The notes: generated from the letters alone by a model not told the origin. Numbered from the stretch's first letter, positions 39,594-50,654 are shown. The stretch is DNA of 64,000 nucleotides from an uncultured delta proteobacterium (GCA_963814585.1 CAWFDF010000012.1:352001-416000); one strand, 5' to 3'. Translations and numbers: made by a program.

Positions 39594-41160
39594 CCACGCC
39601 CAGCCCGCCTTCCCGGCCGACACGCTGCGCCCTCCGACACGCCCGGACCGGGCCACGCTGCTCGCCTGGGGCGGCAGCGCCGCCCTGGCCGCGGCCCTGC
39701 TGACGGTCTCGGGCGGCAACCCGGCGGTGGTGGCCGGGCTGGTCCTGGCGGCGGTCGTCGGCTGGGCGATCTGGCGGCTTCCGCTCTACGTGCCCGCCAC
39801 CGGCCTGCTCCTGGCGACCCAGCTCATCGACGACCCTGCCTCCAGCCCGGGCGGCGGGGTCTGGGTCTCGCCGATCGCCCCGGTGGCCGAGCTCCTCTAC
39901 GACAACCTCCACAAGTTCACCGGCATCAGCGCGCTCCGCTTCTCCATCCTCGACCTGATGGTGGTGGGGCTGCTCCTGCTGGCGCTCCTGCGCCGCATCC
40001 TCGGCACCGCGGCGCGCGAGGGGGTGGCGCCGGCCCCGGCCCCCTTCACCGCCGTGGTGGTGGGCGCCTTCCTGGCCCTGCTGGTGTCGCTGGCCTGGGG
40101 GCTGTCGCGGGGCGGCGACTTCCGCTCCTCGCTCTGGCAGCTGCGCCAGCTCCTCGCCCTGCCCCTGGTGACGCTGCTGTTCCTGGTCTCGCTGCGCGGC
40201 CCCAGGGATCTCAAGCTGCTGGGCACGGTGCTCATCGGGGCCGGCCTCGCCAAGACCGCCCTGGCGGTGTGGATCACCGAGACGGTCTTCCGGCCCCAGA
40301 ACGTCAGGCCCCCCTTCGTCACCACCCACGCCGACTCCATGCTCTTCGCCCTCGCCTTCATCGCCGTGCTGGCGATGTGGAACGAGCAGCGAACGCGGCG
40401 GACCTGGACCCTGCTGCTGGTGGCCGGGCCGCTGCTGCTGCTCGCCATGAAGGTCAACAACCGGCGGCTGGTCTTCGTCGAGGCCGCGGCGGCCCTGGTC
40501 ATGATCTTCCCGCTCCTCCCCTGGACCCACCTCAAGCGCAAGGTGATGCGCGCCGTCATCCTCTCCATCCCGGTGGGGATCCTCTATCTCGCGGTCGGCT
40601 GGAACTCGACCGCGAAGATCTTCGCGCCGGTCAAGATCGTCCGCTCCATCGCCGAGCCCGAGACCGACCGGTCGACGGCCATGCGGGACATCGAGAACTA
40701 CAACCTGACGGTCACGTTCCGCACCAACCCGCTCCTCGGCGTGGGCTTCGGCCACCCCTACGTCGAGCAGGTGAAGGCCGACGACATCTCGATGATCTTC
40801 CCGCTCTACCGCTACATCCCGCACAACAGCGTGCTCGCCATCTGGGCCTTCTGCGGCACGGCCGGCTTCGCCGCCATCTGGCTGCCCATGCTGGCCGGGC
40901 TCTTCCTGGCGGCTCGGACCTACCGGCGGAGCGGCGAGCCGATCCACCGGGCCGCCGCCCTGACGGCCGGCTCGATGGTGGTCATCCACCTGATCCAGGC
41001 CTGGGGCGACATGGGCATCCAGGCCTGGTCGGGCGTCTTCCTCATGGCGGCCTGCCTGGCCTCGGTGGCGCAGCTGGCGGTGGCGGTGGGCGCCTACCCG
41101 GCCCCACGCCGGCGGCTCGCGCCCGGGACCTCGCTGGCGCCCGGCCCGGGGGCAGCGTGA
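39586..41160 (+). CDS. wzy: Wzy-type polysaccharide polymerase (O-antigen ligase family)
   Basis: >10 TM; NPLLGVGFG and YIPHNSVL Wzy_C-like motifs. Confidence 0.8.
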   Translation: MSDHAQPAFPADTLRPPTRPDRATLLAWGGSAALAAALLTVSGGNPAVVAGLVLAAVVGWAIWRLPLYVPATGLLLATQLIDDPASSPGGGVWVSPIAPVAELLYDNLHKFTGISALRFSILDLMVVGLLLLALLRRILGTAAREGVAPAPAPFTAVVVGAFLALLVSLAWGLSRGGDFRSSLWQLRQLLALPLVTLLFLVSLRGPRDLKLLGTVLIGAGLAKTALAVWITETVFRPQNVRPPFVTTHADSMLFALAFIAVLAMWNEQRTRRTWTLLLVAGPLLLLAMKVNNRRLVFVEAAAALVMIFPLLPWTHLKRKVMRAVILSIPVGILYLAVGWNSTAKIFAPVKIVRSIAEPETDRSTAMRDIENYNLTVTFRTNPLLGVGFGHPYVEQVKADDISMIFPLYRYIPHNSVLAIWAFCGTAGFAAIWLPMLAGLFLAARTYRRSGEPIHRAAALTAGSMVVIHLIQAWGDMGIQAWSGVFLMAACLASVAQLAVAVGAYPAPRRRLAPGTSLAPGPGAA

Positions 41161-42786
41161 ACGACCTGGCCGCGCCGATCGCCCCTCGCCTGAGCGTGGT
41201 CATCGCCACCTTCAACCGGCTCCCCCTGCTCGGCCGCCTCCTGGACCAGCTGGCCGATCAGTCCCTGGCCGGGGAGGCCTACGAGGTGGTGGTGGTCGAC
41301 GACGGCTCGCGCGAGCCGGTGGCCCCGGCCCTGGCCGGCCGCACCTTCCCCTTCGCGCTGCGGGTCGAGACCCAGGCCAACGCCGGGGCCGCCGCGGCGC
41401 GCCACCGCGGCATCCTGGCCGCGGCGGCGGGCCTGCTGGTCCTCGTCGACGACGACATGCAGGTCCCGCGCGACTTCCTGGAGCGTCACCTGGAGGCCCA
41501 CCCGGAGGGGAGCCGCTGCGCGGTGCTCGGCGCCATCCACCCGCCACCCGACGTCGGCCGCATGCCCATCTTCGAGCGCTGGCACCAGCGCATGCTCGAG
41601 GACCTCGCCACCCGCAGCCGGTCCGGCGTCCGCCCGCGCGGCAACGAGGTCTACACCGGCAACCTCTCGCTGTCGCGCGACGACTACCTGGCGGTGGGGG
41701 GCTTCGACCCCTCACTGGGCCACTCCGAGGACGCCGAGCTGGGGCTGCGGCTGGAGAAGGCCGGCATCCGCATCGACTTCAGCGACGAGGCCTCCACCAT
41801 CAACGGCTCCGACCACGCCAGCCTGGCGCGGTGGCGGCGGCGCTCCGAGCTCTACGGGATCTTCGACTCCCGCATCGCGCGCAAGCACCCCGAGGTGCTC
41901 CATGCCAGCCCCTGGCGCTTCTGGCCCAGGCTGCAGCGCATCTCCCGGCCGCTCCTGCTCGGCACCGCGCTGGTGCCGCCGGTCTCGCGGCTGGTGGCGG
42001 CCCTGGTGGCCGGCGTCTCGATGGCCTGCGCCGGGCTCGGCCTGGAGCGGCTGGCCCTGGCCGGCACCACGCTGGCCTACGGCATCGACTACTACCGGGG
42101 CGTGCGCCTCGAGGCCGGGTCGGCGCGCGCCTTCCTGTCGGAGCGCCGCGCCGCCTTCCTGGCCATGCCGGCCGCCCCGGTCCAGCCTGGGCGCTGGCGG
42201 CGCTTCCGCGAGGACCTGCGCGCCGACCAGGCCATCATCCGCCACTACGAGTCGCGCTATGGCCACCACGCCGGCTCGACCGGGCGATGGCTCGTCGACG
42301 TCATCACCAAGATCGGCCTGCAGGAGATGGCCGCCGTCCGCTGGATGCGGCTGGTGCGGGACCTCCGCGTCCCGCTCGGGGCCAAGCTGACCTCCCGGCT
42401 GGTCCGCCACCTCTACGGCTCGGACATCCACTGGGACGCCGAGTTCGCCCCGGGGGTGGTGCTGGTCCACGGCTTCGGGCTGGCCATCAGCCACGCCGCC
42501 CGCATCGGGCCAGGCTGCATCCTCTTCCAGAACGTCTGCCTGGGGATGGGGATCTCTCCCGCCACCCGGGAGACCGGCGCCCCGCGCCTCGAGGCCAACG
42601 TCCACGTCGGGCCAGGCGCCACGCTCCTCGGGCCCATCACCGTCGGCGAGGGCTCCAGAGATCATGGCCGGCGTCACGCTCACCTTCTCGGTGCCCCCCG
42701 GGTCGGTGGTCGAGGCGCCGACCCCGGCGGTGCGCGGCCGCACCCGCGCGGCGCCCCCGGCGGCGAGCGGAGATCCGGCGCCGTGA
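41157..42786 (+). CDS. GT2 glycosyltransferase fused to serine-acetyltransferase-like LbH domain (apparent frameshift ~42658)
   Basis: SVVIATFNR, DDGS, VDDDM, GGFD...ED; then LYGSDIH..A...GVVLVHGFG...IGPGC...GPITVG; corrected frame ends TGA 42786. Confidence 0.8.
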
Positions 42787-43610
42787 GCGAGACAGGCCCT
42801 GGCGCCCAGCCGCGGGGCGACGCGGCGGCAGGCCCCGACCGCCTCGTCATCGGCGACGTCCCGATCGATCCCGTCACCTTCGAGGGGGCGCTCGCCGCCA
42901 TCGAGGCGCTGGTGAAGGGTGGCCGGGGCGGATCGGTCTTCACCCCCAACGTCGACCACGTGGTGATGGCCGACCGTCACCCCGAGTTCCGCGCCGCCTA
43001 TGCCGCCTGCAGCCTCTCGCTGGTGGACGGCATGCCGGTGCTGTGGGGCTCGCGGGTGCTGGGCCGGCCGCTGCCGGAGAAGGTCTCCGGCTCCGACCTG
43101 GTGGTCCCGCTCTGCGAGCGGGCGGCGGCCCGGGGCTGGCGCGTCTACCTGCTGGGCGGCGCCCCGACCGCGGCTCGCCTGGCGGCCGCCGAGTTCGAGC
43201 GGCTCGGCCTCCAGGTGGTCGGGATCGACGACGGCCGCATCGACCTCTCGCCGGCCGGGGTCGCGGCGGCGAGCCAGGCCGCCCAGCGGGTCCGCGCCAG
43301 CGGCGCCCAGCTCCTGCTGGTGGCCCTCGGCGCTCCCAAGCAGGAGCTCTTCATCCACCGGCACCGGGCCGACCTCGGCCCGGTGGTGGCGGTCGGGGTG
43401 GGGGCCAGCCTCGACTTCGTGGCCGGCCTGGTGCGGCGCGCCCCGGCCTGGATCTCCCGGACCGGGCTGGAGTGGCTCTACCGGCTGGCGCAGGAGCCGC
43501 GGCGCCTGGCGCGGCGGTACCTGGTCGAGGACCCGCGCTTCCTCCTCATCCTCTGGCGGACCTGGCGGTCCCGGGGGCGTCCGCGCCCGCCCGGACCTCC
43601 CACGGCGTGA
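42783..43610 (+). CDS. WecB/TagA/CpsF (GT26) glycosyltransferase
   Basis: TPNVDH, DGMPV, EKVSGSDL, ALGAPKQE, GVGASLDF, GLEWLYRLAQEPRRL; GTGA overlap. Confidence 0.92.
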   Translation: MSETGPGAQPRGDAAAGPDRLVIGDVPIDPVTFEGALAAIEALVKGGRGGSVFTPNVDHVVMADRHPEFRAAYAACSLSLVDGMPVLWGSRVLGRPLPEKVSGSDLVVPLCERAAARGWRVYLLGGAPTAARLAAAEFERLGLQVVGIDDGRIDLSPAGVAAASQAAQRVRASGAQLLLVALGAPKQELFIHRHRADLGPVVAVGVGASLDFVAGLVRRAPAWISRTGLEWLYRLAQEPRRLARRYLVEDPRFLLILWRTWRSRGRPRPPGPPTA

Positions 43611-43644
43611 GGGCCCGGGCGGCGCCGGCTGCCGGGCGCGGCGC

Positions 43645-45092
43645 TCAGTGCGCCCCGCGCGACCGGAGCACCGCCGGGATGGTCTGGGCGACGATGCTGA
43701 CGTCGCGCCACAGTGACCAGTTGTCGATGTAGGCCAGGTCGAGCGCCATCCACTGCTCGAAGTCGATGTCGTTCCGGCCGCTCACCTGCCAGGTGCAGGT
43801 GATGCCCGGCCTGACGCTGAGGCGTCGCCGCTGCCACCGCTTGTACTGCGCCACCTCGGCCGGCACCGGTGGGCGAGGCCCCACCACGCTCATCTCGCCG
43901 ACCAGGGCGTTCCAGAACTGCGGCAGCTCGTCGATCGAGGTGCGGCGGATGAAGCGGCCCACCTTGGTGATGCGCGGGTCGTTGGTCATCTTGAAGACCG
44001 GGCCGCTCATCTCGTTGAAGGCCCGCAGCGACTCGAGGCGCTTCTCGGCGTCGGCGAACATGCTGCGGAACTTGAGCATGTCGAAGGAGCGGCCGTTCTG
44101 CCCGACGCGCCGCTGCCGGAAGAAGACCGGCCCCGGCGAGTCGAGGCGGATGGCGATGGCGGTCGCCGCCAGGACGGGCGACAGCACCACCAGGGCCGTG
44201 AAGCTCACCACCACGTCGAAGACCCGCTTGAGCGCCAGGCCGAAGGCGTTGGTGGGGGTCCTGGTCAGCGCCAGCGTCGGGAGGCCGCCGACGTCCTCGA
44301 CCGACATGCTGGCCGGCCCGCTGTAGAGCATGTCGAGGCCGATGCGGACGCCGACCCCGAGATCCTCGCAGGTGGCGATGGCGTCCTCCAGGTCGTTCAT
44401 CCGGTCGCGCGTCACGGTGAAGACCACCTCGTCGACGACGTGCTCCTTGAGGATGGTCTCGAGCTCGGAGACCCGCCCCAGCACCTTCCCGGTGCTGGGC
44501 GCCAGGGCCAGCTCGTCCATGAGGATGTGCCCGGCGAAGCAGTAGCCCCACTGCGGGTGCTCGGCGAAGCGCTCCACCATCTGATCCGAGAGCGTGCCGG
44601 TGCCGACCACGGCGTAGACGTGGCCATTGTAGCCGCGGCGGCGGGCGGCCCGGGCGCTGTAGCGCAGGACGGTCCGGCTGATGACCATCGCCGCGACGGC
44701 CAGGACCATGTAGAGGACCAGGAAGAGACGCGACACGTCCTGCTGCTGCTTGGCGAGGAAGCCCAGCGCGGTGATGCCGATCCCGGTCGAGATCCCGGCG
44801 CGCAGCAGGCGGCCCAGCTCCGAGCCGAGCGGCCGCAGCCGGTAGACGTCGTAGACCTCGAACAGCCAGGAGGCCAGCAGCCAGGTGAGCAGCGTGGCCG
44901 TGGCCAGGGTGGCGTAGCGCTCCACCGGGTACGGGCCACCGTAGCTGTGGAGGAAGACGTCCCGGAGCCTGAGGGCCACGGGCAAGGCGACCACGAAGGC
45001 CGCCAGGTCAAGATCCGGATCCCGGTGTCGACCAGCCGGGCGTGCTCCTTGAGCCTGGAGTGACACGGCCTCGCCGGCGTGAACTTCATCAT
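43645..45092 (-). CDS. Polyprenyl-phosphate hexose-1-phosphate transferase (WcaJ/EpsZ-like; apparent frameshift ~45012)
   Basis: KRVFD, FKMTNDPRIT, TSIDELPQF, MSVVGPRP, RPGITCTWQVSGRN, DLAYIDNWS; start uncertain. Confidence 0.92.
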
Positions 45093-45182
45093 GGTGCTGC
45101 CCCCCTGCAACCGACCGATTCGACTGCGGCCGCCGCCCCCCTGGCGACGGCCTCCTTCAACTCGAGCTGACCTCGCCCGCGC

Positions 45183-46379
45183 TCATGGCACGGGCTCCCT
45201 CGGCGTTCGTTCCCAGACCAGGCCTGGCGATGGCGCCGTCGTGGCGCGCAGCCGCCAGACCAGGTAGACGGGCGCCCAGGCCAGGCTCCCCACCCCCCGC
45301 AGGCCCAGCCCGGAGGCGACGCACCCCCGCACCACGTACAGGCCGAGCGCCGCCAGGCTGGCCCACCAGGGCCAGGCGCCGGCCGGCACGGCGCCGGTCA
45401 CCAGCGTCCAGGCCAGGGCCAGCGACGAGCCCAGCGTCGCCACCGCCACCAGCCTGGAGAGCGGAGGCACCAGCAGGTCGATCGCCAGGTCGAGGAGCAC
45501 GGCGTCACGGCGCACCAGGCCGCCGCGGAGCAGCGGCCCGGCGAAGCGGCGAGCCATGGCCGCCCGCCCGCCCTCCCAGCGCCGGCGCTGCGTGGCGCTG
45601 GCCCGGGACCCGGTGGGCATCTCTCCGACCGCCGTGGCCTCGTCGACGTAGTGGACGCGGTGACCGGCCAGGCCGAGCCGGATGCCGTACTCGAGATCCT
45701 CCACGACCGAGAAGGCGTGGTGCGGAACCTGCCGCAGCAGCCTGGTCGAGAAGCACATCCCGTTGCCGCGAAGGCCGGCCGAGAGGCCGAGCCGCTCGCG
45801 ACCCAGGGAGCGCACGTCGTGGAAGAGCGAGAGGGCCAGGGCCATCAGCCGGGTCCGCCAGGAGGCCTCCGGGTTGCGGACGCCGTAGCGGGCCTGCAGC
45901 GCGGTGGCGCCGGCCTCGAGGCGGGCGGCGAAGGCCTGCAGCAGGTTGGGGGAGACGACGGTGTCGGCGTCGACCACGACCACCGCGTCGGCACGGCCGT
46001 CGGCCAGGCACCGCTCGAAGGCGTGGGCGAGCGCATAGCCCTTGCCCCGGAGGGTCGCGTCCCGACGCTCCAGCACGGTGGCGCCGGCGGCTCGCGCCCG
46101 CGCCGCGGTGTCGTCGCTGCAGTTGTCGGCCACCACCACCACGCGCCGCTGGGCGGCGGGCCAGTCGACCTGCAGGAGGCTGCCGACGGTGGCGGCGATC
46201 CCGGCCGCCTCGTCATGCGCGGGGACCACCAGATCGAAGCGCAGCGCCGTGACGCCGTGGCGCGGCGCCGGTGGCCGGCGCGACAGCAGCGCCAGGAGTC
46301 CCAGGTAGCCGGCCGCGAGCAGCACGGGGATGGCCGTCACCAGGAGCGCCAGGCTTGCGATGTCAGTGGGCGAGATCAT
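45183..46379 (-). CDS. Membrane GT2 glycosyltransferase
   Basis: VPAHDE, ADNCSD, GKGYAL, DAD, VED, QRRRW. Confidence 0.88.
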   Translation of the reverse strand: MISPTDIASLALLVTAIPVLLAAGYLGLLALLSRRPPAPRHGVTALRFDLVVPAHDEAAGIAATVGSLLQVDWPAAQRRVVVVADNCSDDTAARARAAGATVLERRDATLRGKGYALAHAFERCLADGRADAVVVVDADTVVSPNLLQAFAARLEAGATALQARYGVRNPEASWRTRLMALALSLFHDVRSLGRERLGLSAGLRGNGMCFSTRLLRQVPHHAFSVVEDLEYGIRLGLAGHRVHYVDEATAVGEMPTGSRASATQRRRWEGGRAAMARRFAGPLLRGGLVRRDAVLLDLAIDLLVPPLSRLVAVATLGSSLALAWTLVTGAVPAGAWPWWASLAALGLYVVRGCVASGLGLRGVGSLAWAPVYLVWRLRATTAPSPGLVWERTPREPVP

Positions 46380-46650
46380 TCACTTTCCGTACACGTCAGC
46401 GGAAGTGAGAGTACCGGACACACGGACTCTCCAACAGTCACGTGAACACGGGGACCCATGACGGGGTGTGCACGAGCGCTTGCGGCACGTTGCCCCGGTG
46501 GCCCGACGCGCAAGCCGGCGGCGGGCCGGCCGCGGCCCGGAAGGCGGCCACGGCCCGGGCCGTGTCCCCCGTTCATGCGACGGATGTCGGCGTGCGCCAT
46601 GCGGTTCAAGGACCGCCGGGGCGGAGCTCTGTGACGCGGACCGTTGGGGC

Positions 46651-48186
46651 CTACCCGCCTGCTCCACCCGCGGCGCGCCCGCGCAGCGCCCCGCGCATGA
46701 AGGCCACGGTCTCGCCGACGTTCACCGCGCCGGTGGCCAGCGCCAGCACCACGTAGCAGGCGGCGTCGAGCGCCAGGCGCCACGAGCCGAGGGGCGCGGC
46801 CAGGACGTGGACCCCGACCGTGGCCAGGGCCACCAGCGCCGTCCGGGCGATGCGTCCCAGGCTGCCCTGGTCGAAGAGCCGGCGTCCCACCAGGCCCAGC
46901 ATCCAGGCGGTGACCACCGTCTCGCTGGTGAGGATCGCCACCGCGCAGGCCACGCTGCCGGCGCCGGGGCGATCGAGGGCCCGCATGATGGGGCCGAGGA
47001 AGGCCAGGTTGAAGGCGGCGTCGATGCTGATCCCCATCAAGGTGAGCCTGGTCACGGCCCAGGCCCGCCCCTGCACGTTGAGCACGTAGGCGCAGAGGAT
47101 GTTGACGTAGGTGATGAGCAGGGTCGGCGCGATGATGGCCAGGCCGGCGGCGGCCGGCACGTAGGCCTGGCCGAAGAGGACGCGGATCGAGAGGTCGGCC
47201 CCGAGGGCGATGGCGAGCGAGACCGGCGTGGCCAGGGTCAGCACCAGCACCAGCGAGCGTCGGGCCAGGTCGTCGAGCTCCTCGGTCGAGCGGGCGCCGG
47301 CGCGCGCCAGGAGCGGCAGCAGCACCGAGCCGAGCAGCGGCATGGCCAGCAGCGCCAGCCCGCCGATGGTGTTGGCGGCGCCGTAGTACCCGACCTCGAC
47401 GCGATTGGCGGCCACCGCCAGGAAGCTCACGTCGAGCTTGCTGAAGATGGTCAGCAGCACGGTGTTGCCGAGGAAGGGGAGGCTCTGGAGGAGCGTGTAC
47501 CGCACCGCCGGCCAGTCGAGGCGCAGGCGCACCCCGAGGTGCCGGCGGACCAGCGACCAGAGGACCGCCAGCCGGGCCGCCTCGGTGACGGCCAGCGGCA
47601 CCACGAAGGCCCACACCTCGGCCTTCATCACCATGGCGACGAAGAGGCCGCCGGCCCACGCCACCTTGGAGGCGACGTTGAGGATCGACAGGGCGTCGAC
47701 CTTGCTGACCGACTGGAGCAGCCCCGCCAGCGACGTGTTGTTGGCGGTGATGAGCTGGGCGGCCGCGAAGATCCAGACCAGCACCTGCACCGACGCCGGG
47801 CGCCCGGTGACGTGCAGGATGACGGCCATGACCGGCACCATGACGGCGGCCAGGCCCAGCCTCACCAGCATCACCCCGCCGAGGAAGTCGGAGGCGTGGG
47901 CAGGCCGGACCGAGACCTCGCGGTAGATGTACGGCTCGATGCCCAGGGTCAGGCCGACGAAGAACGTGGCCGAGAAGGCGTCGGCGAAGTTGAAGTCGCC
48001 GAAGTTGGCCGGGCCGAGGTGGCGCGGCAGGAACAGCCGCACCCCGAGGGCGATGCCCCAGGTGAGGAGCAGCGAGACGCTGAGCTTGAGGGCGTTGCGG
48101 ACCGCCACCGCCCGATCCGTCCTGGCATCGCGAAGCAGCGTCCCACCCGGAGAGACCGGACCAGGATTGGCCGGTCCCTCGCTCAT
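46651..48186 (-). CDS. wzx: Wzx-type flippase
   Basis: ~12-14 TM, RHLGPANFG, EVGYYGAA. Confidence 0.85.
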   Translation of the reverse strand: MSEGPANPGPVSPGGTLLRDARTDRAVAVRNALKLSVSLLLTWGIALGVRLFLPRHLGPANFGDFNFADAFSATFFVGLTLGIEPYIYREVSVRPAHASDFLGGVMLVRLGLAAVMVPVMAVILHVTGRPASVQVLVWIFAAAQLITANNTSLAGLLQSVSKVDALSILNVASKVAWAGGLFVAMVMKAEVWAFVVPLAVTEAARLAVLWSLVRRHLGVRLRLDWPAVRYTLLQSLPFLGNTVLLTIFSKLDVSFLAVAANRVEVGYYGAANTIGGLALLAMPLLGSVLLPLLARAGARSTEELDDLARRSLVLVLTLATPVSLAIALGADLSIRVLFGQAYVPAAAGLAIIAPTLLITYVNILCAYVLNVQGRAWAVTRLTLMGISIDAAFNLAFLGPIMRALDRPGAGSVACAVAILTSETVVTAWMLGLVGRRLFDQGSLGRIARTALVALATVGVHVLAAPLGSWRLALDAACYVVLALATGAVNVGETVAFMRGALRGRAAGGAGG

Positions 48187-50249
48187 GTCGGCGCGGCCGC
48201 CAGGGGGCGCTCGTCGCTGCCCGGGGCGCCACTCGAGGCGATCTCGGAGGCGGCGCTCCGGACGGCGCTCGGGGCGTCCTCGGCCGCAGCGACCAGGGGC
48301 GCATTCGAGGCGGCGCTCGGGACGACCACGGCAGCAGCGACCGGGGCGGCCCCGGCGGAAACGCTCGGCATCGGGCTCGCGGAGGCGCCCGGGGCGTCCC
48401 CGGCCGCAGCGACCAGGGGCGCATTCGAGGCGGCGCTCGGGACGGCCACGGCAGCAGCGCCCGGGGCGGCGTCGGCCGCGACGCTCGGCGCCGGGCTCGC
48501 AGCGGCGCCCGGGGCGGCCTCGGCGGCAACCGTCGGCGCCGGGCTCGCGGAGGTGCGAGGGGCAGCCTCGGCGGCGACGACCGGCAGCGCGCTCGCGGCG
48601 GCTCCGGCGACAGCCCCAGGGACCACTCGCCTGCCGATGCGAGCCAGCCAGGCCGGCGTGCTGAACGCATCCAGCAGCGCCGGGCGCCAGTCGACCAGGG
48701 CCGTGGCGCCGAACGCCATGAGCACGCCGAGGAACAGGCCGGAGAACAGGGTGAGCGGGATGTTGGGCTGGATGGGGCGCTTGGGGACCTCGGCGGGCCT
48801 CACCACGCTGTACCGATACTTGAAGGCGGCCCGCGCGGTGTCGAGCTCGATGCGGGCGGACTCGATTCGATCGATGACGGCCTCGTACTTCTGGACGGCG
48901 TAGTTGACCCGCATGCGCAGGGTCTCGGCGTCGTCGGTGTCCCCGGGGCGCGGCCGGGAGCTGAACTCACGCTGCAGGACCGGCGCCGCGGCGGGCGCCA
49001 GGGCGGCGGCCACGGCCTCGTGCCGCTCCTCCGCGGCCCCGGCACCGGCCAGGATGGCCACCTGCGCCACCAGCTCCTGCTCCTCGCGGCGCAGCTGCGC
49101 CAGCTGCGGGGAGTCGCGCGACAGCGAGTCCATGCTCTCGCGGGTGGCCTGGATGGCCGGGTGGGCAGCGGTGTAGGTGGACTTGAGCTCGGCGAGCTGG
49201 GCCTGGAGCTCGCCCAGCCGGCGCTGGCGAAAGGTCTCCAGGTCGGCCACGGCGCGCCGCTTGCCTGCCAGCAGCAGCCGCAGGTTGGTCAGATTGGTCG
49301 ACTCCTTGCCCGGCACCGCTCTGAACGCGGTCTGCTGGGCCGGCGCGGGGCCGCGCGACTCCCGGGCCGCCCGCAGGGCCAGCGACTCCGCCTTGACCCG
49401 CGCCTGAACCTCGGCGGCGTGTCCCTCGAGGATGGAGATGGCCTCGGCGATGGTCGAGACCTCGAGGGCGTGGCGCGTCTCCAGGAAGTCCTGCTGGGCC
49501 GTGGAGACCAGCAGGTGGGCGGTCGCGGCGTCCTGCCAGTCGACCTGGATGGTGATGATGCCGTCGTCGGTCGTGACCTTGAGCCTCTTCTCGAGGAGCA
49601 GGACCAGGGCCTCGACGAGGGCGTCCTCGTCGGCCGGCCCGGAGAACACCGAGGTCACCGCGTCCTTGACGCGCAGCACGAACGGCCGGGACTCCGCCCA
49701 CCGCTTCACCAGGTTGGTCTGCTTGACCAGCGCGATCAGGCTCTCGCGCCGCATGATGGTGGTGGCGGCGCCCTTGGTGGGCGCGTCGGCATCCAGGGGA
49801 ATGGCCCGCCCCGGATTGTTGAGCGCCGGCATGACCAGGTTCCGGGAGGCCATGATGCGCGAGTCGGTCCGGTAGGTCCGCGGCAGCAAGGCCACCGCCA
49901 TGATCGCCAGCACCAGGCAGGTCGCGAAGGTCGCTCCGGCCAGGCGAGGGTGGCGCCGGGGAGCGCCCCAGATGAAGACCGCCCTGCGCCTGATCGCCTC
50001 CCAGTCGAAGAGATCGGGGCTTCCGTGATCGACCGGCCCGGGGCCGGGCGCTGGCCTGGTGCTGGGCTCGGGGCCGGGGGCGAGCTCCTGGCTGGAGCTG
50101 GTGGAGCCCGACCTGGCGTTCGACCTGGAGTTCGTCCTGGGGCCTGGCCCGGGGCCAGGGCTCGGACCAGGGTCTCCCTCCAGGGATGCCTGGACTCCTG
50201 CACCCACGCCAGCGGCCTTGGGCTTCGCTCGCCTCTGCTTGTGTGACAC
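48183..50249 (-). CDS. wzc: Polysaccharide co-polymerase (Wzc/GumC-like) without kinase domain; Ala/Pro-rich tail
   Basis: N-terminal TM, LPRTY, coiled coil, YTAAHPAI, YSVVRPAEVP..P, second TM; GTG 50249 with SD. Confidence 0.8.
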   Translation of the reverse strand: MSHKQRRAKPKAAGVGAGVQASLEGDPGPSPGPGPGPRTNSRSNARSGSTSSSQELAPGPEPSTRPAPGPGPVDHGSPDLFDWEAIRRRAVFIWGAPRRHPRLAGATFATCLVLAIMAVALLPRTYRTDSRIMASRNLVMPALNNPGRAIPLDADAPTKGAATTIMRRESLIALVKQTNLVKRWAESRPFVLRVKDAVTSVFSGPADEDALVEALVLLLEKRLKVTTDDGIITIQVDWQDAATAHLLVSTAQQDFLETRHALEVSTIAEAISILEGHAAEVQARVKAESLALRAARESRGPAPAQQTAFRAVPGKESTNLTNLRLLLAGKRRAVADLETFRQRRLGELQAQLAELKSTYTAAHPAIQATRESMDSLSRDSPQLAQLRREEQELVAQVAILAGAGAAEERHEAVAAALAPAAAPVLQREFSSRPRPGDTDDAETLRMRVNYAVQKYEAVIDRIESARIELDTARAAFKYRYSVVRPAEVPKRPIQPNIPLTLFSGLFLGVLMAFGATALVDWRPALLDAFSTPAWLARIGRRVVPGAVAGAAASALPVVAAEAAPRTSASPAPTVAAEAAPGAAASPAPSVAADAAPGAAAVAVPSAASNAPLVAAAGDAPGASASPMPSVSAGAAPVAAAVVVPSAASNAPLVAAAEDAPSAVRSAASEIASSGAPGSDERPLAAAPT
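48270..48509. repeat. Tandem 120-bp in-frame duplication (2 copies) in wzc tail
   Basis: GGCCGCAGCGACCAGGGGCGCATTCGAGGCGGCGCTCGGGACG repeated at 120-bp spacing (VPSAASNAPLVAAA twice). Confidence 0.9.
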
Positions 50250-50654
50250 CCGCTCCCCCTTCGACGACAGCTCCGGCAACTCCGTGCCGGACAAGATAGG
50301 CCACCCCGGGGCAGCCGCCAACACCCACGGTTCGGCGACGGGCGAACGGGGGTGCCCTGCCCGGCACGGTCACGACTCCCGGCAATACTCGCGGCAGCGC
50401 AATCCCTCGGGAAGCCACGCCATTCCCGGTCTTCGAAGGGGACGAGGCGCCCATCCGGGTACCGGCGACGGCAGCGTGTCGCTTCACCTCATGGAGTATG
50501 GAGATGCTGTAACATTCCGTGACTCAACGCTCGCCCGCGCGGAGCGGGCCTCGCCGGGGGGCGCCGTGGCCGAGAGCAGCCGCATGATCAGAAGCCTGAG
50601 GTCCGGCACCGGACGGATCGGGAACGACCCCGGTGGGCCCTGGGGTGCCCCCAG

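Noticed and set aside
40269..43610. 1113-aa ORF as a triple GT2-acetyltransferase-TagA fusion
   Set aside because: The N-terminal part is an off-frame read of wzy; an extra base near 42658 creates the TagA join; the corrected frame stops at 42786, overlapping a GTG start at 42783
48270..48509. CRISPR array
   Set aside because: Only two in-frame copies inside a CDS, no unique spacers and no cas genes
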